From: a virus
Lineage: Duplodnaviria; Caudoviricetes
Virus record (IMG/VR): IMGVR_UViG_3300011335_000318
Span: 1-37,113 of that record
Direction: 5' to 3' (one strand)
DNA length: 37,113 bases
Within the stretch, counting starts at the first letter, position 1, and each line of letters begins with the position of its first letter. Both the position numbers and the translations under genes were made by a program. Below the pieces are notes generated by a model that was given only the letters and a program-made list of their open reading frames with translations, did no database searches and was not told the origin of the DNA. Shown in pieces: positions 1-8,318 of this stretch.

Positions 1-127
1 AGAGAGGCACGCTCGTTCACAATTCCGAGCAGATCAGGGTCATACGGGATCAAGCCGATCGACGTGCTGGGAAACCGCTCCGTCGCCGCGCTTTACGTCA
101 ACGCGTCGCTCGAGGATCCGGCGGCGC
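1..127. repeat. Terminal direct repeat, left copy (assembly overlap of a circular contig)
   Basis: 1-127 is identical to 36987-37113. The tail-tip reading frame runs through the junction in phase. Confidence 0.97.
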
Positions 128-894
128 TCAACGTGATCTTGACCTTGCCGCAGTCGCCGCTCTGGACGGGCATCAAGACCGACGTCGACCGGGTCGGGTC
201 CGTGATACAGCTCCAAAGTCAAAACTATATGGCGACGTGGGCGACGCTCGCGTCGGTCCCGATTATCGGGTTCACCGCAGCGACCGGCTATCCAGCCGAG
301 GGCTACTATGAGTTCGGCGAAACGGATCTAAGTCAGGTCTACACGTCGCGCGTCACGGTCGCAGCGCAGGTCGGGACGTCTGGCGGGCTCTCGACGCTCG
401 CGGCATGGGTCACGCTCGCAGGGCTCGCGAACCTCGCAGGGGACGACACCGGAGACGAGGTGCAGGTCGAGATCCAAGTCAACTATTCGATCGTCGACAG
501 CGCGACGCCGGTCTATCAGGGGTGGCGGCGGTTCGTCGTCGGAGATTACACGGCGCGGCATCTCAAGTTCCGCGCGGTGCTATCAACGCTTTACTCGACA
601 ATCACGCCGATCGTCTCGGCGCTCTCGGTCTCGATTGATATGCCAGACCGTATTGATCAGGGAAACGATATCATCTCCGGCGCGGCGTCTTATGCCGTCG
701 CGTTCTCGCCTTGGTTCCGCGAGATCCGCTCGATCACGATCGCCGCGCAGAACATGGCAACCGGAGATTATTACGAGATTTCAGGGAAGACGCGCACTGG
801 GTTCGATGTTATATTCCGCAACAGCGCCGGCACGGCGATCAGCCGCACGTTTGACTATCAGGCGATCGGGTTCGGCAGAGAGAGGGGCACTTAA
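1..894 (+). CDS. 3' part of tail tip / host-specificity (lambda J-like) protein, continued from 34191 across the junction
   Basis: Frame is open from base 1 (REARSFTIPSRSGSYGIKPIDVLGN...) to TAA at 892-894. The C-terminal WRRFVVGDYTARHLKFRAVL...IDMPDR is typical of J-like tip proteins. Confidence 0.85.
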   Translation, partial: REARSFTIPSRSGSYGIKPIDVLGNRSVAALYVNASLEDPAALNVILTLPQSPLWTGIKTDVDRVGSVIQLQSQNYMATWATLASVPIIGFTAATGYPAEGYYEFGETDLSQVYTSRVTVAAQVGTSGGLSTLAAWVTLAGLANLAGDDTGDEVQVEIQVNYSIVDSATPVYQGWRRFVVGDYTARHLKFRAVLSTLYSTITPIVSALSVSIDMPDRIDQGNDIISGAASYAVAFSPWFREIRSITIAAQNMATGDYYEISGKTRTGFDVIFRNSAGTAISRTFDYQAIGFGRERGT

Positions 895-1923
895 ATGTCG
901 CAGTATGATTTCGGGACAATCGACCCGAACACCAAGAGCGGGACCGCGCTTGCGTCGGATCTCAATTCATGGCGCAACGCGCTGCACTCGACACATGGCG
1001 GGTCAAGCGCGCCTTCCTACATCACCGCAGGGATGATCTGGCTCGATACGACATCCGCAAACTATAAGCTCAAGCTCTACGATGGCGCGCAGTCGATTGA
1101 CGTCGCGATCATTGACGCGACCAACAACGTCGCGCGCGTCGCGGTTGACCCAGCAGCGACCAGCTATATCACCGCTACGACAGCCGCGCAGATCAAGCAC
1201 GTCATTGCCGGCGTCGACACCGCGACGATCCGCTCAACTGGATTGCAGTTCAATATCGCTGCGCCGATCATCGGGGATAGCAGCAACAACGAGCTAATCT
1301 CCTTCACGACGACCGCGAGCGCGGTCAATCAGATCAACGTCACCAACGCAGCGACGGCGACAAACCCGGTGATCTCGGCAGTCGGCAACGACACGAACAT
1401 CGGCATTACGCTGACCCCGAAGGGCACGGGGCGGACGAACATCGGGCAGCTTGCGCTTGATGGGACGACGATCACGACGACAGCCGCGCAGCTCAATTTT
1501 GTCAACGGCGTCACCTCGGCAATTCAGGCCCAGCTCGATGCTAAAGCGCCGCTCGCATCCCCCGCGCTGACCGGATCACCTACGGTAAACGGATCTAGCA
1601 TCGCCATAAATAAAGCCGCGTTCGCGCTGACAGACGCAGCAACGATCGCCGTCGACATGGCGAATGGCCCTAACTTTTCAGTGACCCTTGCGGGCAACCG
1701 CACGCTGGGCACTCCCACAAACCAAGTCGTCGGGATGTCAGGCTTCATTATGGTGACCCAAGACGCGACCGGGTCACGGACGCTTTCATATGCGGCAGAT
1801 TGGAAGTGGTTCGGCGGGCAGACACCAGTTCTGACGACAACCGCGAACGCGCGCGATGTCATCCTTTACACGGTTCTTTCGAGCGGAAACATCATGGCGT
1901 CTATTGCGAGGGCGGTCCCGTGA
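895..1923 (+). CDS. Tail fibre protein (342 aa)
   Basis: Thr/Ala-rich, with the LDAKAPLASPALTGSPT fibre motif and a C-terminal TQDATGSRTL..W.W.GG..P.LT module. Follows the tip gene directly (TAAATG). Confidence 0.8.
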   Translation: MSQYDFGTIDPNTKSGTALASDLNSWRNALHSTHGGSSAPSYITAGMIWLDTTSANYKLKLYDGAQSIDVAIIDATNNVARVAVDPAATSYITATTAAQIKHVIAGVDTATIRSTGLQFNIAAPIIGDSSNNELISFTTTASAVNQINVTNAATATNPVISAVGNDTNIGITLTPKGTGRTNIGQLALDGTTITTTAAQLNFVNGVTSAIQAQLDAKAPLASPALTGSPTVNGSSIAINKAAFALTDAATIAVDMANGPNFSVTLAGNRTLGTPTNQVVGMSGFIMVTQDATGSRTLSYAADWKWFGGQTPVLTTTANARDVILYTVLSSGNIMASIARAVP

Positions 1924-1925
1924 TA

Positions 1926-2585
1926 ATGCAAAACCTACTAGTTCCACCCGCATATAAGGCGTGGAACAAAAACGACTTTCTGGGTTACAGCCTAAACGTC
2001 TCGCCGCATGACCCGGTAAAAACGGGGACAACGGCCACTGTGCTCGCGATCTCGCCGTCCGTTAGCGGCAGGGGGGTGACGCAGGGCAACGGCACTGATA
2101 ATGGGCTTGCGTTCTTTTTACCCCATACCGACATTGATATCTTGGTCAAGTTTACAGTCCCCGCAACAACGCAAGCAAACCGAGGATACATAGGGGTCTG
2201 GTTTCGTTCGTCCACCACTGGGATTGCAACAGATAATCAATATGTCGCGACGCTTGGCGTCAATGCCAGTAACGGATTAGATGTGGGCAATCTTGCCAAA
2301 TATGCGACAGGGTTCGCGCAGCAATCTGCGGTCCTATCTGGGATGACTAAAGGATCTAAGGCGTGGCTAAGGTGCGGAGCGATTGGAACCAGCCTCCGCG
2401 CTAAGTGGTGGATGGACGGCGCAGGAGAGCCGGGAACATACCAGAACACATGGACGCAAACACAGATTGCGTCTGGGAATTACATTATTCTCGGGACGTA
2501 TGCCTCCGGAGATACCACTAATCGCACCACGATTGAATATTTCAGCTACGCTCTCGGCGCGTCAGCCGTGGCCCCCTTCCCATGA
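1926..2585 (+). CDS. Putative receptor-binding / fibre-associated beta-rich protein (219 aa)
   Basis: ATG lies 2 nt after the fibre stop. Gly/Thr/aromatic-rich, between fibre and fibre chaperone, with visibly more AT-rich codons. Function inferred from position. Confidence 0.6.
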   Translation: MQNLLVPPAYKAWNKNDFLGYSLNVSPHDPVKTGTTATVLAISPSVSGRGVTQGNGTDNGLAFFLPHTDIDILVKFTVPATTQANRGYIGVWFRSSTTGIATDNQYVATLGVNASNGLDVGNLAKYATGFAQQSAVLSGMTKGSKAWLRCGAIGTSLRAKWWMDGAGEPGTYQNTWTQTQIASGNYIILGTYASGDTTNRTTIEYFSYALGASAVAPFP

Positions 2586-2592
2586 GGATCTC

Positions 2593-2943
2593 ATGACCCA
2601 TTGCACAAATATAGCCGGGGACATCTGGCGCGGAGAGCCGATCAACGGCGTGCAGCACCCGCAAAACATTGTCAACCTATGGACAGACGAGGAGCTCGCC
2701 GCGATAGGACTGACGCGCGTCGTCCCCGCATTAGAGCAGCCGACAGAGGCTATCATGATACGCGCTAAGCGCGGTTTTTTGTTGGCATCTGAGGTGGACC
2801 CGATCGCGTCTAACATCTTGCGCTGGGCTGACCTAACCCCGGAAAAACAAACGGCATGGGCCGCGTATCGGCGCGCGCTGCTCGACATCCCGCAACAAGT
2901 CAAATTCCCTAAAGCGGTCGTTTGGCCTACCAAGCCGGAATAA
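2593..2943 (+). CDS. Tail fibre assembly chaperone (116 aa)
   Basis: GAGG RBS before ATG 2593. C-terminal WAAYRRALLDIPQQVKFPKAVVWPTKPE is the signature of Tfa-like chaperones. Confidence 0.8.
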   Translation: MTHCTNIAGDIWRGEPINGVQHPQNIVNLWTDEELAAIGLTRVVPALEQPTEAIMIRAKRGFLLASEVDPIASNILRWADLTPEKQTAWAAYRRALLDIPQQVKFPKAVVWPTKPE

Positions 2944-2953
2944 GGGGAAGAAG

Positions 2954-3178
2954 ATGGACGCACTAGAGTTCGTGATGAAGTGGGCAGTCGCGCCGGTGAT
3001 CGGCGCTCTTTTTGCGATCTACACCCGGCAGCAGTCACATTCGACAGATATTGCCGTGCTAAAAGCAACGGCGTCGGCAAACAAGGAAGCGCACGACCGC
3101 GAGTTCAAGTCGATCAACGAGAGCTTCAAAGCGGTCTTCGCGAAGCTCGACGGGATCGAAGCCGCCTTGAGGAAGTAA
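2954..3178 (+). CDS. Putative holin-like membrane protein (one N-terminal TM segment plus coiled coil)
   Basis: AAGGGG RBS, hydrophobic WAVAPVIGALFAIY segment, first gene of the lysis cassette. Confidence 0.55.
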   Translation: MDALEFVMKWAVAPVIGALFAIYTRQQSHSTDIAVLKATASANKEAHDREFKSINESFKAVFAKLDGIEAALRK

Positions 3179-3550
3179 ATGGCGTTGAGCCCGACCCAGA
3201 CAGGCCGAGCAGCCGAGCACCTCGTCTGCTATCTTCTCGAGCTCAACGGGATCGACGCGCATCACCTCAATTCGACGACGGACGTCTTGGCGATCGTCAA
3301 ATCTGGGAAGGTCTTGCGGATCGAGGTCAAAACGTCCAGCCCCGCGCCTTCCCGGCGCGCTGGGTCGTTCTACCGGTTCAACGCGAACAATAAAGGACGC
3401 GCGGACTTCTATGCGTTCGTCGCAGCAGATCTCGAAGTGGCGATATTCGCACCCAGCCGGGAGATCACAAAGCAGACTATCAGCATCCCGCAGAGCGGTT
3501 TTTCGTGGGAGCAGCAAGTGCAAACCCTCATAAAATTAGGAGAAACCTAG
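3179..3550 (+). CDS. Free-standing PD-(D/E)XK endonuclease (homing-endonuclease-like)
   Basis: G..AE helix, D (TTDVL), IEVKT catalytic motif and a downstream DFYAFV strand. Confidence 0.75.
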   Translation: MALSPTQTGRAAEHLVCYLLELNGIDAHHLNSTTDVLAIVKSGKVLRIEVKTSSPAPSRRAGSFYRFNANNKGRADFYAFVAADLEVAIFAPSREITKQTISIPQSGFSWEQQVQTLIKLGET

Positions 3551-4192
3551 ATGCGACCGATCAACGAGATCATCCTGCATTGCTCAGACACCGCTCCGGC
3601 GTGGTCTGATGCGAAGACCGACGAGCAAGTCGTCGCCGAGATCCGCTTGTGGCATACGCGCGATCGCGGGTGGAAAGACATCGGCTATCACTACGTCATC
3701 AATCGTAACGGGCACGTCATGCCCGGGCGTCCGCTCGAGCAGGTCGGCGCGCACGTCCAAGGCCATAACACCGGGACGATCGGGGTCTGCTTGATCGGCG
3801 GCAATGGCGGCAACGAGCACGACACCTTCTCGGATCACTTCACGGCGGCACAGCGCGCGGCGGTGCTGGGTCTGATCGCGGATCTCAAGATCCGGTTCCC
3901 AGCGATCGCCAAGATCTCCGGACATAACGAATATGCGCCCAAGGCGTGCCCATGCTTCACGGTCTCGGAGTTCTTGGCAGAGAAGCCGGCGCGCACCTCG
4001 GCGGCGCAGTCGACGACCATGCAGGCCGGCGCGCTGCAAATGGTGTCAGCAGCCGGCGCGGGCGTCTCGGCGGTCTCGGCGTTGAGCGGGACGGCGCAGA
4101 TCGTCGCGCTGGTCTTTTGCGGGATCGTCGCGCTTGCCGCGCTCTGGATCATGCGCGAACGCCTTCGCAAGTGGGCGGCGGGGGATCGGTGA
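3551..4192 (+). CDS. Endolysin, N-acetylmuramoyl-L-alanine amidase (Amidase_2, T7-lysozyme-like) with hydrophobic C-terminal extension
   Basis: IILHCS, GWKDIGYHYVI, GAHVQGHN, GHNE and KACP zinc-amidase motifs, AGGAG RBS. Confidence 0.93.
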   Translation: MRPINEIILHCSDTAPAWSDAKTDEQVVAEIRLWHTRDRGWKDIGYHYVINRNGHVMPGRPLEQVGAHVQGHNTGTIGVCLIGGNGGNEHDTFSDHFTAAQRAAVLGLIADLKIRFPAIAKISGHNEYAPKACPCFTVSEFLAEKPARTSAAQSTTMQAGALQMVSAAGAGVSAVSALSGTAQIVALVFCGIVALAALWIMRERLRKWAAGDR

Positions 4193-4410
4193 TGTTTGCA
4201 TGGCTCAAAAAGGCCGCAATCTGGGCCGCTGGGGCGGCGTCGCTGCTTTTTGCGGTATGGATGGCCGGAAAGCGCGACCAGCGGCAGGCGGACGCGCGCA
4301 CAGAGGCGGACGCCTACATCAAGACCAGACAGGAGATCGACAATGTTGAGACTTACATCCGCGACCCTGATGCTGCTCGCAAGTGGCTGCACGATCGCGG
4401 TCAGCAATAG
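4192..4410 (+). CDS. i-spanin (Rz-like, 72 aa)
   Basis: TGATG coupling to the endolysin. N-terminal TM segment (AAIWAAGAASLLFAVWMAG) followed by a charged helix. Confidence 0.75.
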   Translation: MFAWLKKAAIWAAGAASLLFAVWMAGKRDQRQADARTEADAYIKTRQEIDNVETYIRDPDAARKWLHDRGQQ

Positions 4411-4567
4411 CGCGCTCTGCGACGGCACAGCAGCCGCCAGGACAGAGCACGCCGCAGCTCTGGCAGTCGACGGTGGCGATGCGTCCGTCGTCACCGGCGC
4501 GCGCCTCATTATGATGCTGGACGCAGGATGCGAGATCACCGGACCGAAGAAGCGCGCCTCGCGCTGA
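4343..4567 (+). CDS. o-spanin (Rz1-like lipoprotein, 74 aa) overlapping the i-spanin
   Basis: AGGAG RBS, signal peptide with lipobox LASG-C, two further Cys, +1-frame overlap with the Rz-like gene. Confidence 0.8.
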   Translation: MLRLTSATLMLLASGCTIAVSNSALCDGTAAARTEHAAALAVDGGDASVVTGARLIMMLDAGCEITGPKKRASR

Positions 4568-4582
4568 TCGTCCGATGAAGAA

Positions 4583-4608
4583 GGCCCCCCGGATCATTCC
4601 GGGGGGCC
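4583..4608. terminator. GC-rich hairpin between the convergent lysis and early arms (probable terminator)
   Basis: GGCCCCCCGGA-TCAT-TCCGGGGGGCC, an 11-bp perfect stem. Short T-rich tail (TTCTTC) on the minus strand only. Confidence 0.7.
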
Positions 4609-4694
4609 AGACGCGCGCATAGAATTGATTGGGCCATAGCGAACACAGTCAAGACCATCACCGACACCGGTTAAACGCGCGCCGAGATTTCAAT

Positions 4695-4874
4695 CTATTT
4701 CCGCGACGGATGATCTGCAAGCAGGATCTCGGCCAAAGCGCGGACTTGATCTGCTTTTTCTTCTGGCACGCGCACCTCGACCCGGATGAGCCCGAGATCC
4801 GCGAGCCCGGAGCGCTCGGCGCGCTTGCGCTCGCGATCGCGCGCACGTCGTGCGTCTAGTTTCTGGTCGGTCAT
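4695..4874 (-). CDS. Small basic protein, putative ribbon-helix-helix-like DNA-binding protein (59 aa, not in ORF track)
   Basis: MTDQKLDARRARDRERKRAERSGLADLGLIRVEVRVPEEKADQVRALAEILLADHPSRK. ATGA overlap with the upstream gene. Basic helix, then an alternating VEVRV strand, then a helix. Confidence 0.7.
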   Translation of the reverse strand: MTDQKLDARRARDRERKRAERSGLADLGLIRVEVRVPEEKADQVRALAEILLADHPSRK

Positions 4875-5185
4875 GCTTCCAGCTCCTCTAAGAGCTCGAG
4901 GCGTTTTTTGTGAAACAAATCCGCAAGCACGGGTTCGGTCATACAGAGGTCGTCGAACACGATCTCGATCTGCGCTTTCAAGTGCCGCACAGCCTCGATC
5001 AGATCCTTCTTGAGCTCCGCCTCTTTGATCTCGGCAGCTTCGAGAAGCCCCTCGACCTTGAAACAGAACGCGGTCAGCTCCGCAGCTTCGAGGATCCCGC
5101 GATCGCGGATGTCTTGGAGAACGCAGCCGCGCTCCATCAAAGTCCCATCGAGCGCGGGCAACAGATAAGAAACTGGTAGGGTCAT
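4871..5185 (-). CDS. Hypothetical helical protein (start 5185 or 5197)
   Basis: Operon position and genome-typical codons, GAGG before ATG 5185. Confidence 0.65.
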   Translation of the reverse strand: MTLPVSYLLPALDGTLMERGCVLQDIRDRGILEAAELTAFCFKVEGLLEAAEIKEAELKKDLIEAVRHLKAQIEIVFDDLCMTEPVLADLFHKKRLELLEELEA

Positions 5186-5193
5186 GGTGCGCC

Positions 5194-5316
5194 TCATACG
5201 AACGAGATTAAAGCAAAAACGAAGGCAGCGTAGGCAGTGCCGACGAGGATCCCGGCGGTCAGCTCGGGCTCGGAGAAGCCTTGTTCGTCGAGGAAGTCAA
5301 TAAAGCGTGTTAGCAT
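5194..5316 (-). CDS. Small membrane protein (40 aa, not in ORF track)
   Basis: TAAGGAG RBS. MLTRFIDFLDEQGFSEPELTAGILVGTAYAAFVFALISFV with one C-terminal TM helix. Confidence 0.7.
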   Translation of the reverse strand: MLTRFIDFLDEQGFSEPELTAGILVGTAYAAFVFALISFV

Positions 5317-5327
5317 TGCACAGCTCC

Positions 5328-5933
5328 TTATGCTTGTGTCGGGATGTGGGAGAGAGAACGCGCGAGGGCGCTTACGACTTGCGACCCGGGCGGGTCATTA
5401 CGAAACGGCATTACGACCGCGAGACAATCTTCACGCGCGCCGAAGGTCACGAGCGCTGGGTTCATACCGTCCGAATAGATGGACGCGCTGGATCCTGTGC
5501 CGTCCAATATTTCTGCGATCTTCTTCATCTGGACCAGATATGCTGGATTGAAGTTCGCATACGACGGGACAGGGGGAAACTCTTTCGGGATGATCCGCGG
5601 CCAACTCTCCGGGAACACGCCGTCGATCGGCGTGAACACGACGTCACCGGCGCGCCATAGGTTCCCCTCCCGGGACACAATTAGCACCTTGGGCTTATAT
5701 CCTTTCAAAGCGCGCGCGAGCGCGTCGCTGGGGATCAGGAAGCGATCGACGTCGATCACGACATCGAGACGCGCGCAAAACAGTCGGTGGCCGTCGGTGC
5801 TGACGACGCGCATATCGCGCGGGTTCGGCTCGATGCTCACGCCTTGCAGATAGAACCGGGTCTCTTTGGTGCTGGTGCAGATCAGCGCAGCGCGCAGGAT
5901 GTCGGTGTTTAGCTCGATGGAAAAGTCAGTCAT
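5328..5933 (-). CDS. Shortened DNA polymerase III beta-clamp-like protein (201 aa)
   Basis: ETRFYLQGV, VSTDGHRL, IDGVFP..WPRIIP, FNPAYL and terminal VVMP are DnaN-like motifs. AAAGGA RBS. Confidence 0.8.
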   Translation of the reverse strand: MTDFSIELNTDILRAALICTSTKETRFYLQGVSIEPNPRDMRVVSTDGHRLFCARLDVVIDVDRFLIPSDALARALKGYKPKVLIVSREGNLWRAGDVVFTPIDGVFPESWPRIIPKEFPPVPSYANFNPAYLVQMKKIAEILDGTGSSASIYSDGMNPALVTFGAREDCLAVVMPFRNDPPGSQVVSALARSLSHIPTQA

Positions 5934-5944
5934 GGCAGATCCTT

Positions 5945-6412
5945 TCAACGGGTTTTCTTGGAGCACTCCGGCCCAATGCCGGAGATGATGCTTTCGGGGG
6001 TCGTAAGTTTGCGGCCGCAGGCGCAGCAGCGCCCCTCGTGAAAGATCTCGAGATCTTCCGGGATGCGCGCCTCATTGTGCAGCTTCGTGATCACCCAGCG
6101 CAGCGCGATAAAGCTCGGAGCGTCGGGCTTTCCTTTGTTCCCGGCGCAGAGCACGCCGCGCGTCGCGGTCGGGACAAATCCGATATATTCGAAGTCTGTC
6201 TCGTTGTTCTGTCCGGCGAGAACCGAGGCGAAGAACGGGTTCCCGATCTTAGGCTGGCGGATCTTGTAGGTGAAGCGGTCGCCGGTCTTGGCGCTCCGGA
6301 TCGTGAAGGTTGCATTGCCGCCGAAGATGAAGCGGAGCGCGTCGTTCGCACTCTCGAGCGCGCCGTTCGGCACGGGGGGCGGGATATGGTCGAGTTCGAA
6401 GTGGGCAATCAT
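5945..6412 (-). CDS. DUF6011-like Zn-finger protein (155 aa)
   Basis: C-terminal HEGRCCACGRKLTTPESIISGIGPEC, AAAGGA RBS. Confidence 0.75.
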   Translation of the reverse strand: MIAHFELDHIPPPVPNGALESANDALRFIFGGNATFTIRSAKTGDRFTYKIRQPKIGNPFFASVLAGQNNETDFEYIGFVPTATRGVLCAGNKGKPDAPSFIALRWVITKLHNEARIPEDLEIFHEGRCCACGRKLTTPESIISGIGPECSKKTR

Positions 6413-6443
6413 GGCAGATCCTTTCGTGTTGATCGTGGTATCA

Positions 6444-6482
6444 GGTATAGGACCGGTCGCAAATAATTGCAAGGACCGATCC
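6444..6482 (-). promoter_or_regulatory. Sigma70-like promoter with two GGAYCGGTCC-like boxes
   Basis: Minus strand reads GGATCGGTCC-TTGCAA-17 nt (containing GACCGGTC)-TATACC. Same layout as 13127-13165. Confidence 0.65.
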
Positions 6483-6492
6483 GCAAAAATAT

Positions 6493-8295
6493 TTAGCCGA
6501 GATCTGCCCAGTTCGGGCCGACGCCGCCTTCGATCAGATTGTCCGTCGGCGCGCCGGGGAAGAAGTCGAGATACCCGGCGGTCATATCCTCGGCCATCGC
6601 GCGCTTTACGATCTCCGCTTGCGTCTGGAGCGCCTCGTCGATCAGGGCGTCATGGATCGTCGCGAGGAGGAGCGTCCGCTCTGGATGGAGCTCCCCAGAT
6701 CTGCGCAGCTCGTCGAGCGTCGCCTTGTGCCGGGTGATCGCGCGCGCCATGACCGAGAGCGCGGCGCGCTGCACGGGATAATTCGCGCACTTCGGGAGAT
6801 CCGCGTTCTGCTTGCCGAGATAGATCGTCCCGCCGTCGCACATCGTCAGATACCCGGTCTCTTTGGCCTGCTCTTGCATCTGGAAGCGATACGCGAACGC
6901 GCGCTTGTATCGGTCAGCCCAGAAGTCGATATACGTCTGCGCCTTCTCGATCGGCGTGCGCATCGTGATCGAGAGCCCAGCGGCGGCGGATCCGTAAATG
7001 ATCCCGAACGATACCCCCTTCGCTGCGCTGCGCGCTGCTTTGCCTTCCGGGGTCTTCTTGTCAATCTTGTGCCCGGCGATCACCGCCGCGACCTCGGAGT
7101 GCACATCCCCGAAGACGACGTCCTCGAGGAGCTGGTCGTCGCCGGAGAGGAGCGCGAGCACGCGCATCTCGATCGCCGAATAGTCGTAGGACACGAGCAG
7201 CGACCCGGCGGGGGCGATAAAGCTCTTGCGCACGCGCGTCTGATCTTGGTCGTCGGCGAACAGCATCTTGTCGCGCGGCACTTGTTGCAGGTTCGGGCCG
7301 GAGCTCGAGAAGCGGCAGGTCCGCGCAGCGCCAACATTGAAGCGCGCCCGGACCCGGCCGTCCGGGGAGCGCGCCGCCGTGTCGATCACGGTGTTCCCGA
7401 AGCTCGAGAGGTATTTCGCGATCTTGCGGTATCGCGAGAGCGCATCGAGCGCCGCCTCGACCGGCGTCCCCGGGAATAGGCCGGCCATCTTCGCGAGCGC
7501 CTCCCCGGAGATCTCGAGCTGGTTCGTCTTCTCGGTCTTCGGCCAGACCGCGAGCACGCGATCGGGAAAGATCCGCGCGAAGAAGTCCGAGAATTGCGGG
7601 TTCGAATTGAGGTTCGGCACCTCCTCCTCCGAGATCAGCGCGCGCACTTGCGAGGCGAGGTCGTCGCGGATCTGCTCCCAGCGGGTCACGAGATCCCGGT
7701 GCGCCCGGCGGTCGAGCAGCATCCCCGCCTCTTCCATCTCGATCACGCCCAGCGTCATATCGTCGAGGATCTGCGCGGCGCGATCGTGCGCCTCGGTCGT
7801 CTTCGCCTTCCAATATTCCCAGAGTTCGAACGTGACGTCGGCGTCGCGGATCGCATACTCGAGCTGCGAGACCGAGAGCTCCGGCGCGGCCCAGTTCGAG
7901 ACCTGCTCGTCCTTGGCGAGCTTCTGCTCGAGATCCCACAAGACCATGTCGGCCAGAGAGAAGCGACCGCCCCCCATGCGAGCGCGCCGCAGATGTCCGA
8001 CGTCGACGATATCCGGCGTCGCACCAGCGGCGATAAACCAACGCAATTCGAAACCAGAGTAAAACACGACCCAAGGTCCGGGTCCGACGAAGAGACCCGC
8101 GCAGGCGGCGAAGCCCCCCGGGATCTGATCGAAGTCAATAACGCAGCGCACCTCGTCGTTGCGGAGCTGCGCGAGCCGCACGCGACCGTCAGAAGGGCGC
8201 AGCGACGTCGTCTCGAAGTCGAGCGCGGTCGCAGTCTCGCACTTGAGCAAAGCACGCTGCAAGGCCGCTCTGGTCGTGATTAGCTCGTATTCCAT
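6493..8295 (-). CDS. polA: Family A DNA polymerase with 3'-5' exonuclease domain
   Basis: ExoI LDFET, ExoIII YAIRD, RFSSSGPNLQQ, motif A DYSAIEMR, motif B RSAAKGVSFGIIYG, motif C TIHDAL. Confidence 0.96.
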   Translation of the reverse strand: MEYELITTRAALQRALLKCETATALDFETTSLRPSDGRVRLAQLRNDEVRCVIDFDQIPGGFAACAGLFVGPGPWVVFYSGFELRWFIAAGATPDIVDVGHLRRARMGGGRFSLADMVLWDLEQKLAKDEQVSNWAAPELSVSQLEYAIRDADVTFELWEYWKAKTTEAHDRAAQILDDMTLGVIEMEEAGMLLDRRAHRDLVTRWEQIRDDLASQVRALISEEEVPNLNSNPQFSDFFARIFPDRVLAVWPKTEKTNQLEISGEALAKMAGLFPGTPVEAALDALSRYRKIAKYLSSFGNTVIDTAARSPDGRVRARFNVGAARTCRFSSSGPNLQQVPRDKMLFADDQDQTRVRKSFIAPAGSLLVSYDYSAIEMRVLALLSGDDQLLEDVVFGDVHSEVAAVIAGHKIDKKTPEGKAARSAAKGVSFGIIYGSAAAGLSITMRTPIEKAQTYIDFWADRYKRAFAYRFQMQEQAKETGYLTMCDGGTIYLGKQNADLPKCANYPVQRAALSVMARAITRHKATLDELRRSGELHPERTLLLATIHDALIDEALQTQAEIVKRAMAEDMTAGYLDFFPGAPTDNLIEGGVGPNWADLG

Positions 8296-8318
8296 CCGGC
8301 GCGTCCTTTGTGTGATGT

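Noticed and set aside
895-2585. Diversity-generating retroelement or invertible tail-fibre switch
   Set aside because: I saw no reverse transcriptase, invertase, template/variable repeat pair or flanking inverted repeats.
4568-4694. tRNA or other known RNA gene in intergenic gaps
   Set aside because: No cloverleaf or T-loop signature was seen here or in the other gaps. A tRNAscan/Infernal run would be needed to exclude one formally.
6990-7035. Polymerase motif B as a sign of unusual nucleotide use
   Set aside because: RSAAKGVSFGIIYG has the ordinary Phe at the E. coli 762-equivalent position, and I recognise no base-modification pathway (such as purZ or queuosine genes).
6619-8283. Long antisense and alternate-frame ORFs over polA (also over primase, terminase, portal and MuF)
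   Set aside because: These Arg/Ala-rich shadow ORFs are expected from high-GC codon bias. They show no recognisable motifs, unlike the nested MTase ORF.
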